64,000 nucleotides of DNA from Marsupella aquatica (Eukaryota; Plantae; Marchantiophyta), in the NCBI GenBank assembly GCA_973895155.1, contig OZ316898.1, positions 18,177,292-18,241,291 of the forward strand. Direction: 5' to 3'. Within the stretch, counting starts at the first letter, position 1, and each line of letters starts with the position of its first letter. Shown piece by piece: positions 52,478 to 64,000 of the stretch. The notes beneath the pieces are model-generated. The model was not told where the DNA came from. It made no database searches and worked only from the letters and a program-made list of their open reading frames with translations. The position numbers and the translations under genes are program-made.

Positions 52478-55400
52478 CTACTTCTGAGGGGCTTTTAACC
52501 AGCCCTGTTGCTGCAGACTTGTCACACAGTCTCTGAGTTGAGATTCTACGGGTCTGAACTTTATTCCCAACTCTTTCTGTGCCTTCTCGGTGCTAAACGT
52601 GTAAGTGGGTTCATCGTGTGGTAGCTCATATCCAGGCCTAGGAACAACCAACAAAAACCAACAAACAGTCATTGGAATGATACGATACAAATACAAGCAA
52701 TTCAAGGGGAATGGTAGCTGTTAGCATATCAGTAACAACGGTTGATATTTCTTAAACGGTTGTGTCTACCGAAAAAAACTATTCAGACTCTGTGACAGCC
52801 TCGTTGCCATTAATTCCTCCTTTAACTTATCCTTGACCGAATCAAATATTAACTATTCGATGTGAGCAATATGTGCACGAGTCATTGTATTTAGTATTGC
52901 CTCTTCCAGGTAACGCAATCATTTTACCGTAAAGTGTGATTTTGGTTCGGTCATACATTGGGTTGCCCTACCTTGCTAATGCATGTATGGGTGGGGGAGT
53001 TTGACCTTCAAAATTATTAAGACAACTAAACACAACAATCCAGTTGTTCAGAATGCCCGAGTAGGAGAGGTACGAGCAATGGCACAACATAAACATCGAA
53101 ATAACAGCAAAGGAATGGGAACTTACTCTGGGGACTGGATAGTCCGGATACAGTTCGCGTAGAATCCCAACAATTTCTTTGAAGTGATGAAGATGTTCAG
53201 TCAACACATAGCGTCCTTCCGCTTCTGGATTTTCAAAAGCCAAGATGTGCGCTAGTGAAACATCTTTGACGTCCACATAGCCAGCACTAACATTTTTGTA
53301 TGTCTTAGCAGCACCTGTACGAAATAAAATTGTCCCATTAGAAATCAAGAGATGTATGTTGTGGCTTCATACACTAAGGCCATTAATCATTTCACCTTAT
53401 AGGGTTTTAATAACTCACAACACGACACAGCATCATTTCCCACGTTCAGAGATGCCCAGAGAGTTTCCACGTTGTTGTCAAGCATTTTTAATGTTTCCAT
53501 CCATTTTACCACATGGCCTAGAGCACTTCCCTCAGCTGATTCTGCAGCTCCTTCTCAAAGAAGCTGACCTCTGAACGGGATTTCTTCGCTGATGCGAGTC
53601 CCAAATCCAAAATTGCAGTCTAGATATAGCTAGAGGAAAAGGTAATCTGCGTCTGCCTCGAGTACACGGAATCACGCGGGAGCATTCTAATACTTGCCTG
53701 AAAGCAATTCCAAGATCATTTCACTACTTGCGTTGAGCGTCGGCTGCAGCATCGTTCCGATCGCGAATGTCGGATTCATCACTACCAAATCGAAATGCTT
53801 CTCGCTCTTCATAAAATCCCAGGCAGCTTTCTCAGCTAGGGTTTTAGACAACATATACCACAACTGTCGACGGCAACCAACCAACAAATTTTAGAATTCA
53901 ATCATTGCACAGCATGCTTTTCGTCATAAACATCACAGACCAGTACTAGTGAAAATGGACAATGAACAAACATGATTACGAAGATTTTTAATTACGGTCA
54001 TAAACTGTAAACAAAGGAGGAAGCGACACTGGCAGGAGATAGAGAAATTGCTAGATTAGGCAAGAATTCGGCACCTTGTTCTCTTTGCAGTATTCAGGAT
54101 CGCTCCACCAGTTCTCGTCTATAACTGCACCTTCTTTGGGTCTCGTATTGTATCTAAGGGCAACGCCTGAGGACGTAAGGACAACACGCTTCACGCTCTT
54201 AGCTTTGGCAGCTGCTTCAAGCAGATTGATGGTTCCCTCCACCGCCGGATCTATGAGCTCCACCTGCAATGTAGTCAGTCCATACGGAATGTTAGTCCCA
54301 TCCCGCAATACAAGCTTGCAATTTCCATTCCTAGTGAACCAGATAATATTTCTCCACTTCAACTTACCTCAGAAACCCTAAACCCTAAAATTTGACTTGC
54401 CTAGCTCTTCACTCTAGACCTAGGCCATGCATTTCTATTGGGAATTACTAGTGAGTTACAGGGCTGTAGGTGAATCTCTGGTTCTTTGAACTCTTAGAAC
54501 TCTTAGAACTCTCGGTTCGTGAATATTTCCAATTCCGCAATCAACACGTAGATTTCTATCTTAACACTTCTTGCACCCAATGAAGTGATAAATTAGTGCT
54601 TTCTTTTACATTGATCAGAACACAGAGAAGATCCATAACATCTTCAAGACTTCTTCACCCGATGAAATGAACATATAGAATTCATGCTATCACAGAGGAA
54701 GCAATCAGACGATCCTTGACAACTTCGGAACAGTTTTCACCATAGAAATGAACGAATAGAATCGATACCTTGACAGAGTTCTGGATTGAACCAGCAGGTC
54801 CATCTTGAAAACTTATTTTACCAGAATGATAAAGCAAACACACGGATTTAATGATTTTGCGAGAAGGCAACCCAATTAATTATGACGAAGCCAAAAGGGC
54901 AACGTCAAGCTCGGATGCAAAACATGATTGAGGCAACTGGAAGTTTTTCAACCCCACGTAGGTGAATCCTTCCATCTGTGCAGCGACTTTTAAAGTGCAG
55001 AATTTACAAGAGTCAACCTGCGGGTCCGTGATTTTGAAAAAAATTGGCGATGCAGTATGGAAAACTCCATCAACCCCATCCACAACGCTATCAAAGGAGT
55101 CTTCTTCTAGGAGATCCGCTTTGTGCAGGGTGAGCCTCTCTTTCGCCCCAGGCAGGGCCAACAAAAACCCTACCTTCGCAATATCATCTATTCAAACACA
55201 CAATCCATCGCAAAGGTGGTCAGATGAATCCACAAAGGCCGGCCCAAGACTTTTAAATCACTTGATTGTCTCGCTGCACTACCTTTCAGCTTTAGATCAC
55301 AGCTGAAACTTCAAACGCGATCTGATGGTAATTCGCCGAAATTAAATGGCAATCCTCTACGTTGTGGAATTACTGGATGGTTTCCCTCAAGTATTCTAAA

Positions 55401-55615
55401 CCTCCAGCAGCAGGACCCGACGGCCTCCAGCTGCGAATGCTGATCTACTGAACAAAACAACATTTTCAGCAGGCCAACTTGTGACAATCAAAATCTGACT
55501 GACCTGGATTCCGGACGGTGCCTCTGACATTGTAGCCACGCTCTAGCAGGTCCTTGACTATGAAAGACGCGATAAAGCCATTTGCTCCCGTCACAGCCAC
55601 CGTCTTCCCCGTCAT
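52478..55615 (-). CDS. CCR-like SDR, copy B; exons 55615-55504, 55187-55018, 54263-54075, 53863-53698, 53314-53127, 52637-52478; a 2-nt deletion at the end of exon 5 frameshifts the last exon (possible pseudogene)
   Basis: Same motifs and exon sizes as copy A, except exon 5 is 188 nt versus 190 nt. Confidence 0.8.
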
Positions 55616-56715
55616 TATCTCTCTTGCTCTCTTCTCTCTCCGTTAGCAGATCACAATTGAGCTCAAATCGTTCGTGAGCAACTGAAAGAGGGACAAGGAA
55701 CATTAAATTAGAACTCAGCTCGCTCTCTCTCTACCTCCCCGTTAGCAGATCCACACTTGAGCTCAAATCGTGCGAGCGCGAGCAACTGAAAGAGAGACAA
55801 CGAGCATTACAATAGAAACCAGGGCTGGGAATTCACTCTCCCAAGGATGCCAACCTCAGCTCGGTGCGATGTTTTGCGAAAACAAACATTCGATTGGTGA
55901 CATCCGATTGGTGTGAATCGAGATCCAACAAGTTTGAGAGACTCAAGAGTGGAGAGAGCCCTCTGTTTTTGCTCTCTTTATTATATACATGATTGAATTG
56001 AGTCCCGCAGTCAGTCTAAACCCGAATGAGTAGTCTGGGTCTGAGCTTCACTTTAGCTCAATCCAGTCGTTTACTTAGACCACAAGCTGTACGTTGAAGT
56101 CTTGGATTCACATTCCACTGTTTGGGTTGGCTCAGTCCAGCCGTTAATTTATTCGGGAAGGATGGTCTCTGGATCTAAGCTAACTGCCTCTAACGGTAGG
56201 ATCTATCCAGAGCGTCTATATAGACAGGACTTTAACAGACAATTGGCATACAGCAATTTGAAGCAGCAAGAAATTGGACATTCTGAGCAAGATGGGCTTG
56301 CTAGCATAAAGTACATTCTGGGCAATGGGGCTGCAAGGAAATGGGTTAAGAATTATTCGAGCCAAAAAGAAAATGGGTTTAGCAAGTTGTCGGTCACACG
56401 AAGGACCACCAGCAAGTTCCCAAAGCCGTGAGAAATGGGAAATTAAAGAACTTTTCGAGACAATCAAAAATTGGGTTTCGCCACTTGGCGACTAGCACAA
56501 AGGAGCAGCTGCCAGTTACCAAACCCACACACAGACCGGTGGAAAAGGCGCCTCCAACTTCCCATTGGCCCATAGACAGGGGGATATCAGGAAGCCCAGA
56601 TCCACGTTGAGTAGCAGAAGGGGGCTTGTAACGCTGCAATCCGCTGCATCCTCCGATTACATTTCCTGTTAATTTTACAACAATAAAGCTGTAAAGTCCA
56701 CGAGATTATGGTACG

Positions 56716-56870
56716 ATTATGTGGATTTCTGTCTTTATCCACTAGTTAGGAGGTTCCATAATCTTAACGCGAGAACCCATATTGTCCAGAACCATTATGT
56801 GGATTTCTGTCTTTATCCACTAGTTAGGAGGTTCCATAATCTTAACGCGAGAATCCATATTGTCCAGAAC
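56716..56870. repeat. Near-perfect 78-bp tandem duplication
   Basis: attatgtggatttctgtc...tgtccagaac at 56716 and 56794. Confidence 0.9.
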
Positions 56871-57301
56871 TTTGTCAGTGGGTCCGTGGGTCCATGAAGA
56901 TATGATCAGTTGGGTCAACGTACATGTTCCACGATCGAAGTGTGTTCCGGAAGGGCTACTGTAGGTCCAATGCACCAACTAAACTTCTGAAGTTTTCCAT
57001 TTATGCACCAGCTGGTGGGATGGACTAAATTTCCGATAGTAAGAACACGTTCGCTATCACAGATAATCCATGACACAATTCCAGAGGAGATCTAGCTCAT
57101 TCATAGCGACTCATAGTTGTATAGAATGAATGACTCGACCAGCGAGTGTTTTGTAAAGCAATTCAATTCTCTTCCAGTAATGTTCCCAGTACTTCCCAGT
57201 ACCAAGACATCCTCTAGCAATTTCCAAAAGCAAACAGAACAACCACGATGTCTTCATCAGAGGTCAGGCTCATCACTAGCTGCTCCTCCGGCGCCGGTGC
57301 C

Positions 57302-59110
57302 TTACACCCGCGACATTTTGCATGAGGGACAAGGAAACTGAGAACTCTTCTCGAAACGGAGCAGTCGATCAAAAGTCTGAGCTGAGATCTCCATCGTTTT
57401 CCGTAGCTCCGTCACTCCTTGTGAGTCCCGTTGTGACTGCATATCGGCCTCCAAAGTGACCACCAGAGCCTTGAGGAATGCGACCTCTCGCTCTCCCGCT
57501 TTGCATCTTGCCTCCAAGGCGGAGGTCTCTCGTTCTCCCTCTCTGAGCCTAACCTCCAAAGTTGCCACATCTGATTCGGCCTTCCCCAAATTCTCTTGGC
57601 AGGCTCCCAAAGTTGTCTCCAACAAAGCTATTCTAGCCTCGAGCATTTCCGTCTTCTCGGTGTGACTCCGGACAGCATCAAGAGCCCCTCGCTCCAAAGT
57701 GGCTACATGTGATTCGGCCTTCCCCAAATTCTCTTGGCAGGCTCCCAAAGTTGTCTCCGACAAAGCTATACTAGCCTCAAGCATTTCCGTCTTCTCGGTG
57801 TGACTTCGGAGAGCATCAAGAGCCCCTCGCTCCAAAGAGGCCACCTGTGATTCGGCTTTCCTCAAATCCTCTAGGCAGGTGCCCAACGTAGTCTCCAACA
57901 AGAGTATTTTAGCCTTAAGCTTTTCCGTCTCGTTGTCTTGAAGAGCATCGCGAGCCCCCCGCATGTCACTGAAGATGGTACTTGGTGACAGGTCCTGTGC
58001 TGCTCCACTCCTTGGTGACACCGGTGGCTGGTCGGAAATGTCATCCGCCTGACCTTGCTCCTGACCTTGCTCCTTGTAGACTCCCCCGAGTTCACTCTCC
58101 CCTGCGTCGTTCCCTCCCCATTCTCCATCCGCTTCCATTCCCCATTCTCCATCCGCTCTTGGCTGGGTGGAGATGGTCCTCGGTGCCTCTCCGGCGTCAC
58201 TCTCTCCCTCTTCCGTGTACCCTGGTACGTGTATCTGAGTAGTTACGCCCCTCTCTTCGAGAAATGCTCGGCCCTTCTTCGACTCGAGTTGTCTAATCCT
58301 GCTCCTGTTCCGGATGGCCCCTGCATTAGACCTGGCATTCCCCTTCGCCAGTCTGCGTTTTTGGTTGCGGCGCCAATTAGGTAGAACTCTCTCCTGGCTC
58401 CGCCAAGGTGGACGTCTTACCTTGCCATGGGTGGCCTCTTCAGACCCGGCCTTCCTCTTCTTGGCCGGTGGGCTCTTGCTGGTCCCTTCCTCCTCATCAA
58501 TCTCGCTCTTGTGACACACGAACGCACACATGTAACCCAACTTGGTGTCCACGGAGATTTTGCCCTTGCTGCGGCCCTTGTACCGCTTGCTCATCCCGAA
58601 TCGCAACCATCCCAATGCATGGTCCGGGTGGAGCTTGATGTCGTGGATAATTGCCAAATCCGCTCTTGACAATGCATAAGGGGGCAACCGAAGGATCCGC
58701 TCCAGTATTTTGATGCCGAATTGCCTCAGGGAGTAGCTCTTGAATTCCGAAGTTCTGAACCTGGATCCCAATCCCTTGCCTCCTTTCGACACCCACTCGC
58801 CTAAGTTCTCCGCTGAGAGGTCAGGTGGTGCTGTTGGGGCGAAGCACAAATCCTGGTGGGGAAGCATCAGTGCATCTCTGCACTCAGCATATGGAATGGT
58901 TACTCCTAATGCCACCAAGTGGAACCCCTCTGGTCTAATGTGCATCCCCTTTTCAACGTCCATGCAAACCTTCTCAGGTGGTATTTTGATGACCAACCTA
59001 AAGAAATCCATGAGGCCGGTGCTCTTGAATTCCTCCTCGATAGCCGCCTGTGTCAACGGAGCCGCAGTACGAAAAACATTTCCAATCCTCTTAGATTTCT
59101 CTTTATCCAT
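57302..59110 (-). CDS. Orphan protein of about 602 aa: globular N-terminus, basic NLS-like region, acidic/Gly linker, coiled coil with 46-aa repeats, terminal CxxC; possibly TE-derived
   Basis: Uninterrupted 1809-nt ORF from ATG 59110 (MDKEKSK); PPAKKRK; 138-bp repeat x2.5; ends FPCPSCKMSRV. Confidence 0.7.
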   Translation of the reverse strand: MDKEKSKRIGNVFRTAAPLTQAAIEEEFKSTGLMDFFRLVIKIPPEKVCMDVEKGMHIRPEGFHLVALGVTIPYAECRDALMLPHQDLCFAPTAPPDLSAENLGEWVSKGGKGLGSRFRTSEFKSYSLRQFGIKILERILRLPPYALSRADLAIIHDIKLHPDHALGWLRFGMSKRYKGRSKGKISVDTKLGYMCAFVCHKSEIDEEEGTSKSPPAKKRKAGSEEATHGKVRRPPWRSQERVLPNWRRNQKRRLAKGNARSNAGAIRNRSRIRQLESKKGRAFLEERGVTTQIHVPGYTEEGESDAGEAPRTISTQPRADGEWGMEADGEWGGNDAGESELGGVYKEQGQEQGQADDISDQPPVSPRSGAAQDLSPSTIFSDMRGARDALQDNETEKLKAKILLLETTLGTCLEDLRKAESQVASLERGALDALRSHTEKTEMLEASIALSETTLGACQENLGKAESHVATLERGALDAVRSHTEKTEMLEARIALLETTLGACQENLGKAESDVATLEVRLREGERETSALEARCKAGEREVAFLKALVVTLEADMQSQRDSQGVTELRKTMEISAQTFDRLLRFEKSSQFPCPSCKMSRV

Positions 59111-59157
59111 ACTAAATTGAGGCAGAGTTCGCTCTTCCAAGTAAACAGTCCTCTGCT

Positions 59158-59304
59158 GCCGAGTCGAAAGTAGCGCACGTCTAGTATTCGACCTGCTGAT
59201 CAGCCGTGAGCCTGGTGTGCAACATGGTTGCCGAGCCGAAAGTAGCGCACGTCTAGTAGTATACAACCTGCTGATGAGCCGTGAGCCTGATGTGCAGCAT
59301 GGTG
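59158..59304. repeat. 72/75-bp tandem duplication upstream of the orphan ORF
   Basis: gccgagNcgaaagtagcgcacgtctagta...gccgtgagcctg twice. Confidence 0.85.
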
Positions 59305-61913
59305 AGTACCATAGATTAATCCTGGGATGCGAAAAGGCCTGATAATCATGATTCTGCAATCAACACCACCGTTTGTCTCTAGCCAGGAAATTGCCATATC
59401 AATCATTCACTGGAGGCCCTTCTACAACAGCATGAGTTTTGTGCAAAGGAGCGAACAATGCGCGGGGACCATATCGCTACTCGAAAAATAGTTAGCCCTG
59501 CAACGACTCGGGGGAACGACTCACACTCCACTGATCCGAGTAGGTATCAAGCATGAATTGCACAACCTCTTGTCTCAAGGGAGGGTCCAACCGAGCTAGC
59601 CTGGACGCACTAGATTCATGGCCTAAACCCTTAGCCGTGTGTCTCTAGTCAATTGGCACCAAAATTTATGAATGACGATCTCCCCCTCTATGTGCACTTC
59701 GAATTTATTGTCGGACTCCTTTCAACATTTGCAGGATTAATCTGCGAGCGCCAGTATGCTGGAAATTCTGTCCCTCGCCGATACCTATTATAACCCCTTG
59801 TGACAACATACTTGGACTCGGCCCCCGTAAAACAACCTTGCCCAGGTTCAGATTACAGCCTTGTTAAGAGAAATCCAAGCCGATACGGATCTAGTACAAA
59901 ACGCTTCCCAGAAATAGGCTTTAATGAGCCAGTCCTCAGACATTAACGCTCATATGGCTGGGTACGAAGGCGTCTATGGGGCGGCGAGCCCGGCGGCGGC
60001 CTGGAGCATAACTAATATTCTAATAAAGATTTCCTTCTATAGTTCTATAAGTCACGGGAATCGAATTGAATGCTGTCCGTTGTGCAGGCGGTCGGCGCAC
60101 AACGGTCGGTGCAGGTGCGCGCAGAATGAAGTTAAATAAGTCAATTTCACGACGACAACTAGAATGACAAGCATAGCGCCTATAAGTGTCGGAATCGCTA
60201 TTTCCACGCAGTGACCTGCAAACTATGCCAACGTTACACAGGGAACAAGGGACAGCCGCGCGCCCTTAACGATCGACAACCTCGTAGGCTAACACGAAGT
60301 CTAGGATGCAAGTCCGGAATAGCAGGTACTTGTGACTAGTAAGCTCTGGGTTTACGATAATTGTAAAGCGAAAATTTTGACCGAAGGACATGTCAACATG
60401 TTAAAGTATAATAGATCGCGTTCTATTATGCTGTTCGAAGGGAGAAAAAAAATTACACAAAGATGATAGATATGACAGTCAAATCTTGAACACTTACTGT
60501 CGTCCACTGCAATTCTTGCAGACGAATATCGAGAAAGTTGAACAGACATACTGGGGATCCTAGCCTGCCATTCCATCCCAGATGAATCGTCAATGAATAT
60601 GATAAAAAGCATGACATGATAGAATTATTACAAAGTACCCAAACTTGTAAATCAACACGTCCTGCCTACAGAACTGACGCACCCTAGGTGAGTAAACGCA
60701 GGAAGATTAAGCTTCGCTGACTGATTCCTGCGGGTTTCGGCTTCAAAGGCCCCGCAATAAGGAATCCCATTGCAAAGTAACAAAGGATATGATAGAAAAC
60801 TTCGTCCAGGAGACAGCTCCTCGGTGGGCAGCCGCCAAACAGACACTGGAAATCTCCGAGGGTTGAGCGGTCACCATGAGGATCCAACGGGCTTTCTCAA
60901 AGGAAATTCCACCGAGAGTTTTGTACACTATGACACCTATTGCCAGACAACACATGATGGACTGACGGAATGATTGTAAACAATGCCTGGCCACCCCATT
61001 GATCGATTGAGGAAACAGCGGCACGGCATACTTACCCCTTACGAGGCTCGCACATTTGATCCATCTTTGGTTCTCGATCTGCGTTAACAGAGCTCTAATA
61101 GTCCTCTCATTTCTTTTTCCTTCTTTCAATCTACTACCTATCTTTGCAACATTGGCTCCACCTGCAGTCAGACCGCACTCAATTATCTACTCAGACCTTC
61201 CTTCCTTGCGCCCGTCACCTGGGACGTCTTAAAAATCTGAGGTGTAGGCTAGTGTTCTGCATTTCCATCTACGAAACAGAAATCATGAAAGTGGCTGATC
61301 TCTAGAGTTGGATGTCTCAAGCTTTTGATGGACTAGCAGTTTAAGCCCTACACCCGGCCCTACAACTACCCCATGGGCTGAGAAGCATGAGTTGTAAGAT
61401 ACTAGGCACGAACAAGTATGCCAGTCCTTCTTCAACTGGGGCACTCGTTGAGAACAACTTGAAGGCTTTTATGCTCTGTCAGCGAGCAATGAGGACACAA
61501 CTTGAAAACTTTTGTGCTCTGTAAGCGAGCAGGTAGGTTTGGTGAAATCATTTTGCTATTGGTATCCTTTAAGAATAGAAGTTAGAGGAGGCACCACGTA
61601 CGTCTCCACTGTACAGAAGGAAAAATGCGTAAACTTTAAGAAACACTCTTCGCTTTGCTTGAAGTGAAGTCCCGTCTCCAGTGTGCCCAGTTCAAGCTCT
61701 GCAATTCCTCCCTTCCACGCCACCAACCAAGCCGCAGATTAGAAAAATGAGGAGAGAAGACGTATTTGAAACATTTTCCTTTGGACAAAGTCTAAATCAG
61801 GGCATTCCTTTAGTAAGTGGCCTTCAGGACCGCATAGTTAGACATGATTGTCTACTGATCCATGGGTGGATCGTTATTACGTTGCAAGGGAAGAAAGACC
61901 ACACATATATAAC

Positions 61914-64000
61914 TGTTGGAGATAAGGACAAACTGTCCTTATTGGACTCCCTTATTACTCGCTGTTAATTAGATAGTTGCTAACTGTAATTAGGTAGGGA
62001 TTAATAGTTGCCGTTGGGAATACCGGTGATCTGCGACGGCACTTGTCTTATATTACATTTACTTGGTGGGTAGGCCATTTCTCCTGGCACGCTTGTGCCC
62101 GTTGCCTTCTGGGCCTGCCCCTCTCCGTTCCGCTGTGTATATTACTTCCCCCATTCGGGAAGTCTAATTAAGTTTTACAGAAACTTCCACATGGTATCAG
62201 AGCAGAGTAATTCTTAGAGTCCTCGCACAGCAAGGAACTCACCATGTCTTCTTCCGATGCTACGAAGATTTCATTCTCTGATAGCGATAAGTTAGTGGGT
62301 AATTAGAATTACACCATCTGGGCATTTCACGTCGAACAGATCCTCAGAGAGAAGGATCTATGGTACATTGTTGATCCAGCTGCTGTCCAGGCCACGTCTC
62401 AGACGTCACCTGGAGGCAGCGGACCACCAAGCACTGGCGGACCCTCTTCCACTGGCGGAGCTTCGTCCACCTCGGGATCAACTGTTGGTGGCACTGGAAC
62501 TACTCCATCAAGCGGTGGAGGGACCGTTGGCACTAGTTCTGGCACGACTCCAGGATCTGGCACCACCGGTCCCCTCACTCATGCTGGAGTCACGGCCACT
62601 GTTCACCCCGACACACAGAAGCACAAGGAACGGGTAATTATAATACTCACTAAAACTGTCACTGCCTCCATCTTTCCCATTGTCAGTAGGATACGCACTG
62701 ACCCTGCCAAGCTGTGGGCCACGCTCAAGAAGAAGTACGAATCTTCTGCCATTCAACGCAAGCTAGACCTCAAGACAGCTCTCATTGAGCTCAAGCTGTC
62801 TGAAGGAGCATCGATTGAGGACTACCTCAAAAGGGTGGAACATCACGTGATGGAGCTAGCCTCAATCGGAGAAGAAATTCCCGATAAGGAGCTCATTCAG
62901 ATTGTTTTGAGGAATCTCCCTGATAGTTGGTCGTCGTTTATATCTGTGTATGGAGTAATGTACTCGAAGGACACACAAGCTACGTTTGCAGATCTCGAGG
63001 AGTACCTACAAGCAGAGGAATTTCGTCGCAGGATCCGCAATGGAGAACCCAAGGAGCAATCGCTCATTGCAGCAGCATATGATCATCGACGAGATGGCGG
63101 CAGAGGAGGCCGAGGCCGTGGCCGGTTCAATCGGTGGGGCCCTCGACGCGACCCTGGCAGACGAGACCCTGGCAGGCCAGCCCCTGACAGGAGAGGGGAT
63201 GTGTGCAACTACTGCGGGAAGAGAGGACACTGGGAACCAGACTGCTTTGAGAAACTTGCTCACGTTGAGATGAAGTCCATGAGTGGAGCCCAGATGCGGG
63301 AGCTCTCACAGAGCATCAAGGACATAAAGGGTCTTGGTCCTAAGTCCTTCTTTGCTGTCCAGGGCGACATCGGGGACAGTAGCCCTGACAAAGCTGATGG
63401 CGGTGGTGAAGATCTAACGGCTCTTACTGTAGAAGCCATGCTTAGCGAGTTTGAAAAAGGTAGTTCAAACAATCAGACTTGGATTTTGGATAGTGGAGCT
63501 TCAGCCCACATTAGTCACGATAAGACTAGCTTTGCTTCACTTAGCAGCACTCCATCCACCTCAAACGTCCTGACGGCCAATGGCTCTAAAATGCCTGTCT
63601 CAGGATCCGGATGTATTTCTCTTTCAAAGAATAAAACCATCTCTGATGTTCTTTACGTGCCGAGTGTTACCAGAAATCTGATCTCAGTCGGAAAGCTCAC
63701 CGACCAGGGACATAATGTCCTATTCAATTCCACACATTGCTATGTCTTAGATAAGCATTCTCCATTCACTGTTAGACTCAGAGGTACAAGGGATCCATCC
63801 AGTAAGCTGTATAAGCTCCAGGCCCCGTCTATGTCACCGATCAAGCAAGGCTCGGCTCAACTCAACAAGAATTTTATTCTCCACCCAAAGGTAGCGGCTC
63901 AGTGCAACCTTGCTGAACCTCGACTATCTCAACATGATCTTTGGCATCAGCGTTTAGGCCACTCGAGCTCTCAGCGCATTACGTACATGACTCGCAACAA
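61914..64000 (+). mobile_element. Ty1/Copia retrotransposon, 5' part: LTR about 61914-62191, PBS 62192-62203, gag-pol from 62244 running off the window
   Basis: PBS tggtatcagagc (tRNA-iMet); NYTIWAF; LRNLPDSW; zinc knuckle CNYCGKRGHWEPDC; protease WILDSGAS; LWHQRLGH; one TAG at 62304. The LTR start is estimated. Confidence 0.92.

Larger units (their letters stand above)
47226..56270. repeat. Tandem segmental duplication: unit A about 47226-51300, unit B about 51551-56270
   Basis: Exons, introns and both flanks align; unit A lacks about 460 bp present at 51950-52410. Confidence 0.9.

Noticed and set aside
59111-59359. N-terminal extension making the orphan ORF 685 aa
   Set aside because: Starts at TTG and is mostly a tandem duplication; ATG 59110 is the more likely start.

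Overview
Eukaryotic, intron-rich land-plant DNA. A non-seed plant such as a bryophyte is inferred from protein style and TE content but cannot be proven here. All gene models were built by hand from splice sites and reading frame. Genes: plastid lipoyl synthase (+, 1385-4110, 7 exons); a conserved plant membrane protein of unknown function (-, 7151-4982, 2 exons); a kinesin-4 of the KIN4C/FRA1 type with a CXC tail (+, 23994-34435, 27 exons); an intronless NOT4-like RING-RRM gene (+, 40954-41763); two tandem CCR-like/SDR reductases (-, 50707-47739 intact; 55615-52478 with a 2-nt frameshift); and an intact orphan coiled-coil ORF of about 602 aa (-, 59110-57302). TE content: a solo LTR, a decayed Gypsy element with an extra ORF upstream of gag, two Mutator-type MITEs with TSDs, a CRE-like non-LTR endonuclease remnant, a Copia RNase H fragment, a 74-bp satellite, and the 5' half of a young Copia element at the window end. 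I found no tRNA, rRNA or CRISPR, and no clear multi-gene novel system. The best leads are the orphan ORFs, the NOT4 retrocopy, the diverging reductase pair and several splicing oddities.
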